DNA from: Veleropilina oligotropha | Lineage: Eukaryota | Direction: 5' to 3' | DNA: 64,000 nt | NCBI GenBank assembly: GCA_048128005.1 | Contig: JBEUKZ010000071.1 | Coordinates: 434,001-498,000 of the forward strand | Part shown: one piece after another, positions 18,601-33,600 of the stretch | Layout of the letters: the number at the start of each line of letters is the position of its first letter | Numbering within the stretch: position 1 is the first letter of the stretch | Notes under the pieces: model-generated | What the model was told of the DNA's origin: nothing | The model's input: the letters and a program-made list of their open reading frames with translations, nothing else | Databases searched by the model: none | Made by a program: the position numbers and the translations under genes

Positions 18601-21600
18601 GTGTGAACCCCAAGGTTGTTATAGCGGGACATGACCTGGTGTGAACCCCGGTTGTTATAGCAGGACATGACCTGGTGTGAACCCCGAGGTTGTTATAGCG
18701 GGGCATGACCTGGTGTGAACCCCAAGGTTGTTATAGCGGGACATGACCTGGTGTGAACCCCAAGGTTGTTATAGCGGGGCATGACCTGGTGTGAACCCCG
18801 GTTGTTATAGCAGGACATGACCTGGTGTGAACCCCAAGGTTGTTATAGCGGGACATGACCTGGTGTGAACCCCAAGGTTGTTATAGCAGGACATGACCTG
18901 GTGTGAACCCCAAGGTTGTTATAGCGGGACATGACCTGGTGTGAACCCCAAGGTTGTTATAGCGGGGCATGACCTGGTATGAACCCCAAGGTTGTTAGCG
19001 GGACATGACCTGGTGTGAACCCCAAGGTTGTTATAGCGGGGCATGACCTGGTATGAACCCCAAGGTTGTTAGCGGGACATGACCTGGTGTGAACCCCAAG
19101 GTTGTTATAGCGGGACATGACCTGGTGTGAACCCCAAGGTTGTTATAGCGGGGCATGACCTGGTGTGAACCCCAAGGTTGTTATAGCGGGGCATGACCTG
19201 GTGTGAACCCCAAGGTTGTTATAGCGGGGCATGACCTGGTGTGAACCCCAAGGTTGTTATAGCGGTACAAGCATTGATCCTCATCAATAATCAGTATATA
19301 GTGCACTAACATGGGCATGACCTGGTGTGAACCCCAAGGTTGTTATAGCGGGACATGACCTGGTGTGAACCCCAAGGTTGTTATAGCGGGACATGACCTG
19401 GTGTGAACCCCAAGGTTGTTATAGCGGGGCATGACCTGGTGTGAACCCCAAGGTTGTTATAGCGGGACATGACCTGGTGTGAACCCCAAGGTTGTTATAG
19501 CGGGACATGACCTGGTGTGAACCCCAAGGTTGTTATAGCGGGACATGACCTGGTGTGAACCCCAAGGTTGTTATAGCGGGGCATGACCTGGTGTGAACCC
19601 CAAGGTTGTTATAGCGGGACATGACCTGGTGTGAACCCCAAGGTTGTTATAGCGGGGCATGACCTGGTGTGAACCCCAAGGTTGTTATAGCGGGACATGA
19701 CCTGGTGTGAACCCCAAGGTTGTTATAGCGGGACATGACCTGGTGTGAACCCCAAGGTTGTTATAGCGGGACATGACCTGGTGTGAACCCCAAGGTTGTT
19801 ATAGCGGGGCATGACCTGGTGTGAACCCCAAGGTTGTTATAGCGGGGCATGACCTGGTGTGAACCCCAAGGTTGTTATAGCGGGACATGACCTGGTGTGA
19901 ACCCCAAGGTTGTTATAGCGGGACATGACCTGGTGTGAACCCCAAGGTTGTTATAGCGGGGCATGACCTGGTGTGAACCCCAAGGTTGTTATAGCGGGAC
20001 ATGACCTGGTGTGAACCCCAAGGTTGTTATAGCGGGACATGACCTGGTGTGAACCCCAAGGTTGTTATAGCGGGGCATGACCTGGTGTGAACCCCAAGGT
20101 TGTTATAGCGGGGCATGACCTGGTGTGAACCCCAAGGTTGTTATAGCGGGGCATGACCTGGTGTGAACCCCAAGGTTGTTATAGCGGGACATGACCTGGT
20201 GTGAACCCCAAGGTTGTTATAGCGGGACATGACCTGGTGTGAACCCCAAGGTTGTTATAGCGGGACATGACCTGGTGTGAACCCCAAGGTTGTTATAGCG
20301 GGACATGACCTGGTGTGAACCCCGAGGTTGTTATAGCGGGGCATGACCTGGTGTGAACCCCAAGGTTGTTATAGCGGGACATGACCTGGTGTGAACCCCA
20401 AGGTTGTTATAGCGGGACATGACCTGGTGTGAACCCCAAGGTTGTTATAGCGGGACATGACCTGGTGTGAACCCCAAGGTTGTTATAGCGAGACATGACC
20501 TGGTGTGAACCCCAAGGTTGTTATAGCGGGGCATGACCTGGTGTGAACCCCAAGGTTGTTATAGCGGGACATGACCTGGTGTGAACCCCAAGGTTGTTAT
20601 AGCGGGACATGACCTGGTGTGAACCCCAAGGTTGTTATAGCGGGACATGACCTGGTGTGAACCCCAAGGTTGTTATAGCGGGACATGACCTGGTGTGAAC
20701 CCCAAGGTTGTTATAGCGAGACAAGCATTGATCCTCATCAATAATCAGTATATAGTGCACTAACATGGGCATGACCTGGTGTGAACCCCAAGGTTGTTAT
20801 AGCGGGGCATGACCTGGTGTGAACCCCAAGGTTGTTATAGCGGGGCATGACATGGTGTGAACCCCAAGGTTGTTATAGCGGGACATGACCTGGTGTGAAC
20901 CCCAAGGTTGTTATAGCGGGGCATGACCTGGTGTGAACCCCAAGGTTGTTATAGCGGGACATGACCTGGTGTGAACCCCAAGGTTGTTATAGCGGGACAT
21001 GACCTGGTGTGAACCCCAAGGTTGTTATAGCGGGACATGACCTGGTGTGAACCCCAAGGTTGTTATAGCGGGACATGACCTGGTGTGAACCCCAAGGTTG
21101 TTATAGCGGGGCATGACCTGGTGTGAACCCCAAGGTTGTTATAGCGGGACATGACCTAGTGTGAACCCCAAGGTTGTTGTAGCGGGACATGACCTGGTGT
21201 GAACCCCAAGGTTGTTATAGCGGGACATGACCTGGTGTGAACCCCAAGGTTGTTATAGCGGGGCATGACCTGGTGTGAACCCCAAGGTTGTTATAGCGGG
21301 ACATGACCTGGTGTGAACCCCAAGGTTGTTATAGCGGGACATGACCTGGTGTGAACCCCAAGGTTGTTATAGCGGGACATGACCTGGTGTGAACCCCAAG
21401 GTTGTTATAGCGGGGCATGACCTGGTGTGAACCCCAAGGTTGTTATAGCGGGACATGACCTGGTGTGAACCCCAAGGTTGTTATAGCGGGGCATGACCTG
21501 GTGTGAACCCCAAGGTTGTTATAGTGGGACATGACCTGGTGTGAACCCCAAGGTTGTTATAGCGGGACATGACCTGGTGTGAACCCCAAGGTTGTTATAG

Positions 21601-24600
21601 TGGGACATGACCTGGTGTGAACCCCAAGGTTGTTATAGCGGGACATGACCTGGTATGAACCCCGAGGTTGTTATAGCGGGGCATGACCTGGTGTGAACCC
21701 CAAGGTTGTTATAGCGGGACATGACCTGGTGTGAACCCCAAGGTTGTTATAGCGGGGCATGACCTGGTGTGAACCCCGAGGTTGTTATAGCGTGGCAAGC
21801 ATTGATCCTCATCAATAATCAGTATATAGTGCACTAACATGGACATGACCTGGTGTGAACCCCAAGGTTGTTATAGCGGGACATGACCTGGTGTGAACCC
21901 CAAGGTTGTTATAGCGGGACATGACCTGGTGTGAACCCCAAGGTTGTTATAGCGGGACATGACCTGGTATGAACCCCAAGGTTGTTATAGCGGTGCATGA
22001 CCTGGTGTGAACCCCAAGGTTGTTATAGCGGGGCATGACCTGGTGTGAACCCCAAGGTTGTTATAGTGGGACATGACCTGGTGTGAACCCCAAGGTTGTT
22101 ATAGCGGGACATGACCTGGTGTGAACCCCAAGGTTGTTATAGTGGGACATGACCTGGTGTGAACCCCAAGGTTGTTATAGCGGGACATGACCTGGTATGA
22201 ACCCCGAGGTTGTTATAGCGGGGCATGACCTGGTGTGAACCCCAAGGTTGTTATAGCGGGACATGACCTGGTGTGAACCCCAAGGTTGTTATAGCGGGAC
22301 ATGACCTGGTGTGAACCCCAAGGTTGTTATAGCGGGACATGACCTGGTGTGAACCCCAAGGTTGTTATAGCGGGACATGACCTGGTATGAACCCCAAGGT
22401 TGTTATAGCGGTGCATGACCTGGTGTGAACCCCAAGGTTGTTATAGCGGGGCATGACCTGGTGTGAACCCCAAGGTTGTTATAGTGGGACATGACCTGGT
22501 GTGAACCCCAAGGTTGTTATAGCGGGACATGACCTGGTGTGAACCCCAAGGTTGTTATAGTGGGACATGACCTGGTGTGAACCCCAAGGTTGTTATAGTG
22601 GGACATGACCTGGTATGAACCCCGAGGTTGTTATAGCGGGGCATGACCTGGTGTGAACCCCAAGGTTGTTATAGCGGGACATGACCTGGTGTGAACCCCA
22701 AGGTTGTTATAGCGGGGCATGACCTGGTGTGAACCCCAAGGTTGTTATAGCGGGGCATGACCTGGTATGAACCCCGAGGTTGTTATAGCGGGACATGACC
22801 TGGTGTGAACCCCAAGGTTGTTATAGCGGGACATGACCTGGTGTGAACCCCAAGGTTGTTATAGCAGGGCATGACCTGGTGTGAACCCCAAGGTTGTTAT
22901 AGCGGGGCATGACCTGGTGTGAACCCCAAGGTTGTTATAGCGGGACATGACCTGGTGTGAACCCCAAGGTTGTTATAGCGGGACATGACCTGGTGTGAAC
23001 CCCAAGGTTGTTATAGCGGGGCATGACCTGGTGTGAACCCCAAGGTTGTTATAGCGGGACATGACCTGGTGTGAACCCCAAGGTTGTTATAGCGGGACAT
23101 GACCTGGTGTGAACCCCAAGGTTGTTATAGCGGGACATGACCTGGTGTGAACCCCAAGGTTGTTATAGCGGGACATGACCTGGTGTGAACCCCAAGGTTG
23201 TTATAGCGGGACATGACCTGGTGTGAACCCCAAGGTTGGTATAGCGGGGCATGACCTGGTGTGAACCCCAAGGTTGTTATAGCGGGACATGACCTGGTGT
23301 GAACCCCAAGGTTGTTATAGCGGGACATGACCTGGTGTGAACCCCAAGGTTGTTATAGCGGGACATGACCTGGTGTGAACCCCAAGGTTGTTAGCGAGAC
23401 AAGCATTGATCCTCATCAATAATCAGTATATAGTGCACTAACATGGGCATGACCTGGTGTGAACCCCAAGGTTGTTATAGCGGGACATGACCTGGTGTGA
23501 ACCCCAAGGTTGTTATAGCGGGGCATGACCTGGTGTGAACCCCAAGGTTGTTATAGCGGGACATGACCGGGTGTGAACCCCAAGGTTGTTATAGCGGGGC
23601 ATGACCTGGTGTGAACCCCAAGGTTGTTATAGCGGGACATGACCTGGTGTGAACCCCAAGGTTGTTATAGCGGGGCATGACCTGGTGTGAACCCCAAGGT
23701 TGTTATAGCGGGGCATGACCTGGTGTGAACCCCAAGGTTGTTATAGCGGGACATGACCTGGTGTGAACCCCAAGGTTGTTATAGCGGGGCATGACCTGGT
23801 GTGAACCCCGAGGTTGTTATAGCGGGGCATGACCTGGTGTGAACCCCAAGGTTGTTATAGCGGGGCATGACCTGGTGTGAACCCCAAGGTTGTTATAGCG
23901 GGACATGACCTGGTGTGAACCCCAAGGTTGTTATAGCGGGACATGACCTGGTATGAACCCCGAGGTTGTTATAGCGGGACATGACCTGGTGTGAACCCCA
24001 AGGTTGTTATAGCGGGACATGACCTGGTGTGAACCCCAAGGTTGTTATAGCAGGGCATGACCTGGTGTGAACCCCAAGGTTGTTATAGCGGGGCATGACC
24101 TGGTGTGAACCCCAAGGTTGTTATAGCGGGGCATGACCTGGTGTGAACCACAAGGTTGTTATAGCGGGACATGACCTGGTGTGAACCCCAAGGTTGTTAT
24201 AGCGGGGCATGACCTGGTGTGAACCCCAAGGTTGTTATAGCGGGGCATGACCTGGTGTGAACCCCGAGGTTGTTATAGCGGGGCATGACCTGGTGTGAAC
24301 CCCAAGGTTGTTATAGCGGCATGACCTGGTGTGAACCCCAAGGTTGTTATAGCGGCATGACCTGGTGTGAACCCCAAGGTTGTTATAGCGGCATGACCTG
24401 GTGTGAACCCCAAGGTTGTTATAGCGGCATGACCTGGTGTGAACCCCGAGGTTGTTATAGCGGGGCATGACCTGGTGTGAACCCCAAGGTTGTTATAGCG
24501 GGGCATGACCTGGTGTGAACCCCAAGGTTGTTATAGCGGGACATGACCTGGTGTGAACCCCAAGGTTGTTATAGCGGGACATGACCTGGTATGAACCCCG

Positions 24601-27600
24601 AGGTTGTTATAGCGGGACATGACCTGGTGTGAACCCCAAGGTTGTTATAGCGGGACATGACCTGGTGTGAACCCCAAGGTTGTTATAGCAGGGCATGACC
24701 TGGTGTGAACCCCAAGGTTGTTATAGCGGGGCATGACCTGGTGTGAACCCCAAGGTTGTTATAGCGGGGCATGACCTGGTGTGAACCCCAAGGTTGTTAT
24801 AGCGGGACATGACCTGGTGTGAACCCCAAGGTTGTTATAGCGGGGCATGACCTGGTGTGAACCCCAAGGTTGTTATAGCGGGACATGACCTGGTGTGAAC
24901 CCCAAGGTTGTTATAGCGGGACATGACCTGGTGTGAACCCCAAGGTTGTTATAGCGGGACATGACCTGGTGTGAACCCCAAGGTTGTTATAGCGGGGCAT
25001 GACCTGGTGTGAACCCCAAGGTTGTTATAGCGGGACATGACCTGGTGTGAACCCCAAGGTTGTTATAGCGGGGCATGACCTGGTGTGAACCCCAAGGTTG
25101 TTATAGTGGGACATGACCTGGTGTGAACCCCAAGGTTGTTATAGCGGGACATGACCTGGTGTGAACCCCAAGGTTGTTATAGTGGGACATGACCTGGTGT
25201 GAACCCCAAGGTTGTTATAGCGGGACATGACCTGGTATGAACCCCGAGGTTGTTATAGCGGGGCATGACCTGGTGTGAACCCCAAGGTTGTTATAGCGGG
25301 ACATGACCTGGTGTGAACCCCGAGGTTGTTATAGCGTGGCAAGCATTGATCCTCATCAATAATCAGTATATAGTGCACTAACATGGACATGACCTGGTGT
25401 GAACCCCAAGGTTGTTATAGCGGGACATGACCTGGTATGAACCCCGAGGTTGTTATAGCGGGGCATGACCTGGTGTGAACCCCAAGGTTGTTATAGCGGG
25501 GCATGACCTGGTGTGAACCCCGAGGTTGTTATAGCGTGGCAAGCATTGATCCTCATCAATAATCAGTATATAGTGCACTAACATGGACATGACCTGGTGT
25601 GAACCCCAAGGTTGTTATAGCGGGACATGACCTGGTGTGAACCCCAAGGTTGTTATAGCGGGACATGACCTGGTGTGAACCCCAAGGTTGTTATAGCGGG
25701 ACATGACCTGGTATGAACCCCAAGGTTGTTATAGCGGTGCATGACCTGGTGTGAACCCCAAGGTTGTTATAGCGGGGCATGACCTGGTGTGAACCCCAAG
25801 GTTGTTATAGTGGGACATGACCTGGTGTGAACCCCAAGGTTGTTATAGCGGGACATGACCTGGTGTGAACCCCAAGGTTGTTATAGTGGGACATGACCTG
25901 GTGTGAACCCCAAGGTTGTTATAGCGGGACATGACCTGGTATGAACCCCGAGGTTGTTATAGCGGGGCATGACCTGGTGTGAACCCCAAGGTTGTTATAG
26001 CGGGACATGACCTGGTGTGAACCCCAAGGTTGTTATAGCGGGACATGACCTGGTGTGAACCCCAAGGTTGTTATAGCGGGACATGACCTGGTGTGAACCC
26101 CAAGGTTGTTATAGCGGGACATGACCTGGTATGAACCCCAAGGTTGTTATAGCGGTGCATGACCTGGTGTGAACCCCAAGGTTGTTATAGCGGGGCATGA
26201 CCTGGTGTGAACCCCAAGGTTGTTATAGTGGGACATGACCTGGTGTGAACCCCAAGGTTGTTATAGCGGGACATGACCTGGTGTGAACCCCAAGGTTGTT
26301 ATAGTGGGACATGACCTGGTGTGAACCCCAAGGTTGTTATAGTGGGACATGACCTGGTATGAACCCCGAGGTTGTTATAGCGGGGCATGACCTGGTGTGA
26401 ACCCCAAGGTTGTTATAGCGGGACATGACCTGGTGTGAACCCCAAGGTTGTTATAGCGGGGCATGACCTGGTGTGAACCCCAAGGTTGTTATAGCGGGGC
26501 ATGACCTGGTATGAACCCCGAGGTTGTTATAGCGGGACATGACCTGGTGTGAACCCCAAGGTTGTTATAGCGGGACATGACCTGGTGTGAACCCCAAGGT
26601 TGTTATAGCGGGGCATGACCTGGTGTGAACCCCAAGGTTGTTATAGCGGGGCATGACCTGGTGTGAACCCCAAGGTTGTTATAGCGGGACATGACCTGGT
26701 GTGAACCCCAAGGTTGTTATAGCGGGACATGACCTGGTGTGAACCCCAAGGTTGTTATAGCGGGGCATGACCTGGTGTGAACCCCAAGGTTGTTATAGCG
26801 GGACATGACCTGGTGTGAACCCCAAGGTTGTTATAGCGGGACATGACCTGGTGTGAACCCCAAGGTTGTTATAGCGGGACATGACCTGGTGTGAACCCCA
26901 AGGTTGTTATAGCGGGACATGACCTGGTGTGAACCCCAAGGTTGTTATAGCGGGACATGACCTGGTGTGAACCCCAAGGTTGGTATAGCGGGGCATGACC
27001 TGGTGTGAACCCCAAGGTTGTTATAGCGGGACATGACCTGGTGTGAACCCCAAGGTTGTTATAGCGGGACATGACCTGGTGTGAACCCCAAGGTTGTTAT
27101 AGCGGGACATGACCTGGTGTGAACCCCAAGGTTGTTAGCGAGACAAGCATTGATCCTCATCAATAATCAGTATATAGTGCACTAACATGGGCATGACCTG
27201 GTGTGAACCCCAAGGTTGTTATAGCGGGGCATGACCTGGTGTGAACCCCAAGGTTGTTATAGCGGGACATGACCTGGTGTGAACCCCAAGGTTGTTATAG
27301 CGGGGCATGACCTGGTGTGAACCCCAAGGTTGTTATAGCGGGACATGACCGGGTGTGAACCCCAAGGTTGTTATAGCGGGGCATGACCTGGTGTGAACCC
27401 CAAGGTTGTTATAGCGGGACATGACCTGGTGTGAACCCCAAGGTTGTTATAGCGGGGCATGACCTGGTGTGAACCCCAAGGTTGTTATAGCGGGGCATGA
27501 CCTGGTGTGAACCCCAAGGTTGTTATAGCGGGACATGACCTGGTGTGAACCCCAAGGTTGTTATAGCGGGGCATGACCTGGTGTGAACCCCGAGGTTGTT

Positions 27601-30600
27601 ATAGCGGGGCATGACCTGGTGTGAACCCCAAGGTTGTTATAGCGGGGCATGACCTGGTGTGAACCCCAAGGTTGTTATAGCGGGACATGACCTGGTGTGA
27701 ACCCCAAGGTTGTTATAGCGGGACATGACCTGGTATGAACCCCGAGGTTGTTATAGCGGGACATGACCTGGTGTGAACCCCAAGGTTGTTATAGCGGGAC
27801 ATGACCTGGTGTGAACCCCAAGGTTGTTATAGCAGGGCATGACCTGGTGTGAACCCCAAGGTTGTTATAGCGGGGCATGACCTGGTGTGAACCCCAAGGT
27901 TGTTATAGCGGGGCATGACCTGGTGTGAACCACAAGGTTGTTATAGCGGGACATGACCTGGTGTGAACCCCAAGGTTGTTATAGCGGGGCATGACCTGGT
28001 GTGAACCCCAAGGTTGTTATAGCGGGGCATGACCTGGTGTGAACCCCGAGGTTGTTATAGCGGGGCATGACCTGGTGTGAACCCCAAGGTTGTTATAGCG
28101 GCATGACCTGGTGTGAACCCCAAGGTTGTTATAGCGGCATGACCTGGTGTGAACCCCAAGGTTGTTATAGCGGCATGACCTGGTGTGAACCCCAAGGTTG
28201 TTATAGCGGCATGACCTGGTGTGAACCCCGAGGTTGTTATAGCGGGGCATGACCTGGTGTGAACCCCAAGGTTGTTATAGCGGGGCATGACCTGGTGTGA
28301 ACCCCAAGGTTGTTATAGCGGGACATGACCTGGTGTGAACCCCAAGGTTGTTATAGCGGGACATGACCTGGTATGAACCCCGAGGTTGTTATAGCGGGAC
28401 ATGACCTGGTGTGAACCCCAAGGTTGTTATAGCGGGACATGACCTGGTGTGAACCCCAAGGTTGTTATAGCAGGGCATGACCTGGTGTGAACCCCAAGGT
28501 TGTTATAGCGGGGCATGACCTGGTGTGAACCCCAAGGTTGTTATAGCGGGGCATGACCTGGTGTGAACCACAAGGTTGTTATAGCGGGACATGACCTGGT
28601 GTGAACCCCAAGGTTGTTATAGCGGGGCATGACCTGGTGTGAACCCCAAGGTTGTTATAGCGGGGCATGACCTGGTGTGAACCCCGAGGTTGTTATAGCG
28701 GGGCATGACCTGGTGTGAACCCCAAGGTTGTTATAGCGGCATGACCTGGTGTGAACCCCAAGGTTGTTATAGCGGGACATGACCTGGTGTGAACCCCAAG
28801 GTTGTTATAGCGGGACATGACCTGGTGTGAACCCCAAGGTTGTTATAGCGGGACATGACCTGGTGTGAACCCCAAGGTTGTTATAGCGGGACATGACCTG
28901 GTGTGAACCCCAAGGTTGTTATAGCGGGGCATGACCTGGTGTGAACCCCAAGGTTGTTATAGCGGGGCATGACCTGGTGTGGACCCCAAGGTTGTTATAG
29001 CGGGGCATGACCTGGTGTGAACCCCAAGGTTGTTATAGCGGGGCATGACCTGGTGTGAACCCCAAGGTTGTTATAGCGGGGCATGACCTGGTGTGAACCC
29101 CAAGGTTGTTATAGCGGGGCATGACCTGGTGTGAACCCCAAGGTTGTTATAGCGGGACATGACCTGGTGTGAACCCCAAGGTTGTTATAGCGGGACATGA
29201 CCTGGTGTGAACCCCAAGGTTGTTATAGCGGGGCATGACCTGGTGTGAACCCCAAGGTTGTTATAGCGGGACATGACCTGGTGTGAACCCCAAGGTTGTT
29301 ATAGCGGGACATGACCTGGTGTGAACCCCAAGGTTGTTATAGCGGGGCATGACCTGGTGTGAACCCCAAGGTTGTTATAGCGGGACATGACCTGGTGTGA
29401 ACCCCAAGGTTGTTATAGCGGGACATGACCTGGTGTGAACCCCAAGGTTGTTATAGCGGGGCATGACCTGGTGTGAACCCCAAGGTTGTTATAGCGGGAC
29501 ATGACCTGGTGTGAACCCCAAGGTTGTTATAGCGGGACATGACCTGGTGTGAACCCCAAGGTTGTTATAGCGGGACATGACCTGGTATGAACCCCGAGGT
29601 TGTTATAGCGGGACATGACCTGGTGTGAACCCCAAGGTTGTTATAGCGGGACATGACCTGGTGTGAACCCCAAGGTTGTTATAGCGGGGCATGACCTGGT
29701 GTGAACCCCAAGGTTGTTATAGCGGGGCATGACCTGGTGTGAACCCCGAGGTTGTTATAGCGGGGCATGACCTGGTGTGAACCCCAAGGTTGTTATAGCG
29801 GCATGACCTGGTGTGAACCCCTAGGTTGTTATAGCGGCATGACCTGGTGTGAACCCCAAGGTTGTTATAGCGGCATGACCTGGTGTGAACCCCAAGGTTG
29901 TTATAGCGGCATGACCTGGTGTGAACCCCGAGGTTGTTATAGCGGGGCATGACCTGGTGTGAACCCCAAGGTTGTTATAGCGGGGCATGACCTGGTGTGA
30001 ACCCCGAGGTTGTTATAGCGGGACATGACCTGGTGTGAACCCCAAGGTTGTTATAGCGGGACATGACCTGGTATGAACCCCGAGGTTGTTATAGCGGGAC
30101 ATGACCTGGTGTGAACCCCAAGGTTGTTATAGCGGGACATGACCTGGTGTGAACCCCAAGGTTGTTATAGCAGGGCATGACCTGGTGTGAACCCCAAGGT
30201 TGTTATAGCGGGGCATGACCTGGTGTGAACCCCAAGGTTGTTATAGCGGGGCATGACCTGGTGTGAACCACAAGGTTGTTATAGCGGGACATGACCTGGT
30301 GTGAACCCCAAGGTTGTTATAGCGGGGCATGACCTGGTGTGAACCCCAAGGTTGTTATAGCGGGGCATGACCTGGTGTGAACCCCGAGGTTGTTATAGCG
30401 GGGCATGACCTGGTGTGAACCCCAAGGTTGTTATAGCGGCATGACCTGGTGTGAACCCCAAGGTTGTTATAGCGGGACATGACCTGGTGTGAACCCCAAG
30501 GTTGTTATAGCGGGACATGACCTGGTGTGAACCCCAAGGTTGTTATAGCGGGACATGACCTGGTGTGAACCCCAAGGTTGTTATAGCGGGGCATGACCTG

Positions 30601-33600
30601 GTGTGAACCCCAAGGTTGTTATAGCGGGGCATGACCTGGTGTGGACCCCAAGGTTGTTATAGCGGGGCATGACCTGGTGTGAACCCCAAGGTTGTTATAG
30701 CGGGGCATGACCTGGTGTGAACCCCAAGGTTGTTATAGCGGGGCATGACCTGGTGTGAACCCCAAGGTTGTTATAGCGGGGCATGACCTGGTGTGAACCC
30801 CAAGGTTGTTATAGCGGGACATGACCTGGTGTGAACCCCAAGGTTGTTATAGCGGGACATGACCTGGTGTGAACCCCAAGGTTGTTATAGCGGGGCATGA
30901 CCTGGTGTGAACCCCAAGGTTGTTATAGCGGGACATGACCTGGTGTGAACCCCAAGGTTGTTATAGCGGGACATGACCTGGTGTGAACCCCAAGGTTGTT
31001 ATAGCGGGGCATGACCTGGTGTGAACCCCAAGGTTGTTATAGCGGGACATGACCTGGTGTGAACCCCAAGGTTGTTATAGCGGGACATGACCTGGTGTGA
31101 ACCCCAAGGTTGTTATAGCGGGGCATGACCTGGTGTGAACCCCAAGGTTGTTATAGCGTGACATGACCTGGTGTGAACCCCAAGGTTGTTATAGCGGGGC
31201 ATGACCTGGTGTGAACCCCAAGGTTGTTATAGCGGGGCATGACCTGGTGTGAACCCCGAGGTTGTTATAGCGGGACATGACCTGGTGTGAACCCCAAGGT
31301 TGTTATAGCGGGGCATGACCTGGTGTGAACCCCAAGGTTGTTATAGCGGGGCATGACCTGGTGTGGACCCCAAGGTTGTTATAGCAGGGCATGACCTGGT
31401 GTGAACCCCAAGGTTGTTATAGCGGGGCATGACCTGGTGTGAACCCCAAGGTTGTTATAGCGGGGCATGACCTGGTGTGAACCCCGAGGTTGTTATAGCG
31501 GGGCATGACCTGGTGTGAACCCCAAGGTTGTTATAGCGGGACATGACCTGGTGTGAACCCCAAGGTTGTTATAGCGGGGCATGACCTGGTGTGAACCCCA
31601 AGGTTGTTATAGCGGGGCATGACCTGGTATGAACCCCGAGGTTGTTATAGCGGGACATGACCTGGTGTGAACCCCAAGGTTGTTATAGCGGGACATGACC
31701 TGGTGTGAACCCCAAGGTTGTTATAGCGGGGCATGACCTGGTGTGAACCCCAAGGTTGTTATAGCGGGGCATGACCTGGTGTGAACCCCAAGGTTGTTAT
31801 AGCGGGACATGACCTGGTGTGAACCCCAAGGTTGTTATAGCGGGACATGACCTGGTGTGAACCCCAAGGTTGTTATAGCGGGGCATGACCTGGTGTGAAC
31901 CCCAAGGTTGTTATAGCGGGACATGACCTGGTGTGAACCCCAAGGTTGTTATAGCGGGACATGACCTGGTGTGAACCCCAAGGTTGTTATAGCGGGACAT
32001 GACCTGGTGTGAACCCCAAGGTTGTTATAGCGGGACATGACCTGGTGTGAACCCCAAGGTTGTTATAGCGGGACATGACCTGGTGTGAACCCCAAGGTTG
32101 GTATAGCGGGGCATGACCTGGTGTGAACCCCAAGGTTGTTATAGCGGGACATGACCTGGTGTGAACCCCAAGGTTGTTATAGCGGGACATGACCTGGTGT
32201 GAACCCCAAGGTTGTTATAGCGGGACATGACCTGGTGTGAACCCCAAGGTTGTTAGCGAGACAAGCATTGATCCTCATCAATAATCAGTATATAGTGCAC
32301 TAACATGGGCATGACCTGGTGTGAACCCCAAGGTTGTTATAGCGGGGCATGACCTGGTGTGAACCCCAAGGTTGTTATAGCGGGACATGACCTGGTGTGA
32401 ACCCCAAGGTTGTTATAGCGGGGCATGACCTGGTGTGAACCCCAAGGTTGTTATAGCGGGACATGACCGGGTGTGAACCCCAAGGTTGTTATAGCGGGGC
32501 ATGACCTGGTGTGAACCCCAAGGTTGTTATAGCGGGACATGACCTGGTGTGAACCCCAAGGTTGTTATAGCGGGGCATGACCTGGTGTGAACCCCAAGGT
32601 TGTTATAGCGGGGCATGACCTGGTGTGAACCCCAAGGTTGTTATAGCGGGACATGACCTGGTGTGAACCCCAAGGTTGTTATAGCGGGGCATGACCTGGT
32701 GTGAACCCCGAGGTTGTTATAGCGGGGCATGACCTGGTGTGAACCCCAAGGTTGTTATAGCGGGGCATGACCTGGTGTGAACCCCAAGGTTGTTATAGCG
32801 GGACATGACCTGGTGTGAACCCCAAGGTTGTTATAGCGGGACATGACCTGGTATGAACCCCGAGGTTGTTATAGCGGGACATGACCTGGTGTGAACCCCA
32901 AGGTTGTTATAGCGGGACATGACCTGGTGTGAACCCCAAGGTTGTTATAGCAGGGCATGACCTGGTGTGAACCCCAAGGTTGTTATAGCGGGGCATGACC
33001 TGGTGTGAACCCCAAGGTTGTTATAGCGGGGCATGACCTGGTGTGAACCACAAGGTTGTTATAGCGGGACATGACCTGGTGTGAACCCCAAGGTTGTTAT
33101 AGCGGGGCATGACCTGGTGTGAACCCCAAGGTTGTTATAGCGGGGCATGACCTGGTGTGAACCCCGAGGTTGTTATAGCGGGGCATGACCTGGTGTGAAC
33201 CCCAAGGTTGTTATAGCGGCATGACCTGGTGTGAACCCCAAGGTTGTTATAGCGGCATGACCTGGTGTGAACCCCAAGGTTGTTATAGCGGCATGACCTG
33301 GTGTGAACCCCAAGGTTGTTATAGCGGCATGACCTGGTGTGAACCCCGAGGTTGTTATAGCGGGGCATGACCTGGTGTGAACCCCAAGGTTGTTATAGCG
33401 GGGCATGACCTGGTGTGAACCCCAAGGTTGTTATAGCGGGACATGACCTGGTGTGAACCCCAAGGTTGTTATAGCGGGACATGACCTGGTATGAACCCCG
33501 AGGTTGTTATAGCGGGACATGACCTGGTGTGAACCCCAAGGTTGTTATAGCGGGACATGACCTGGTGTGAACCCCAAGGTTGTTATAGCAGGGCATGACC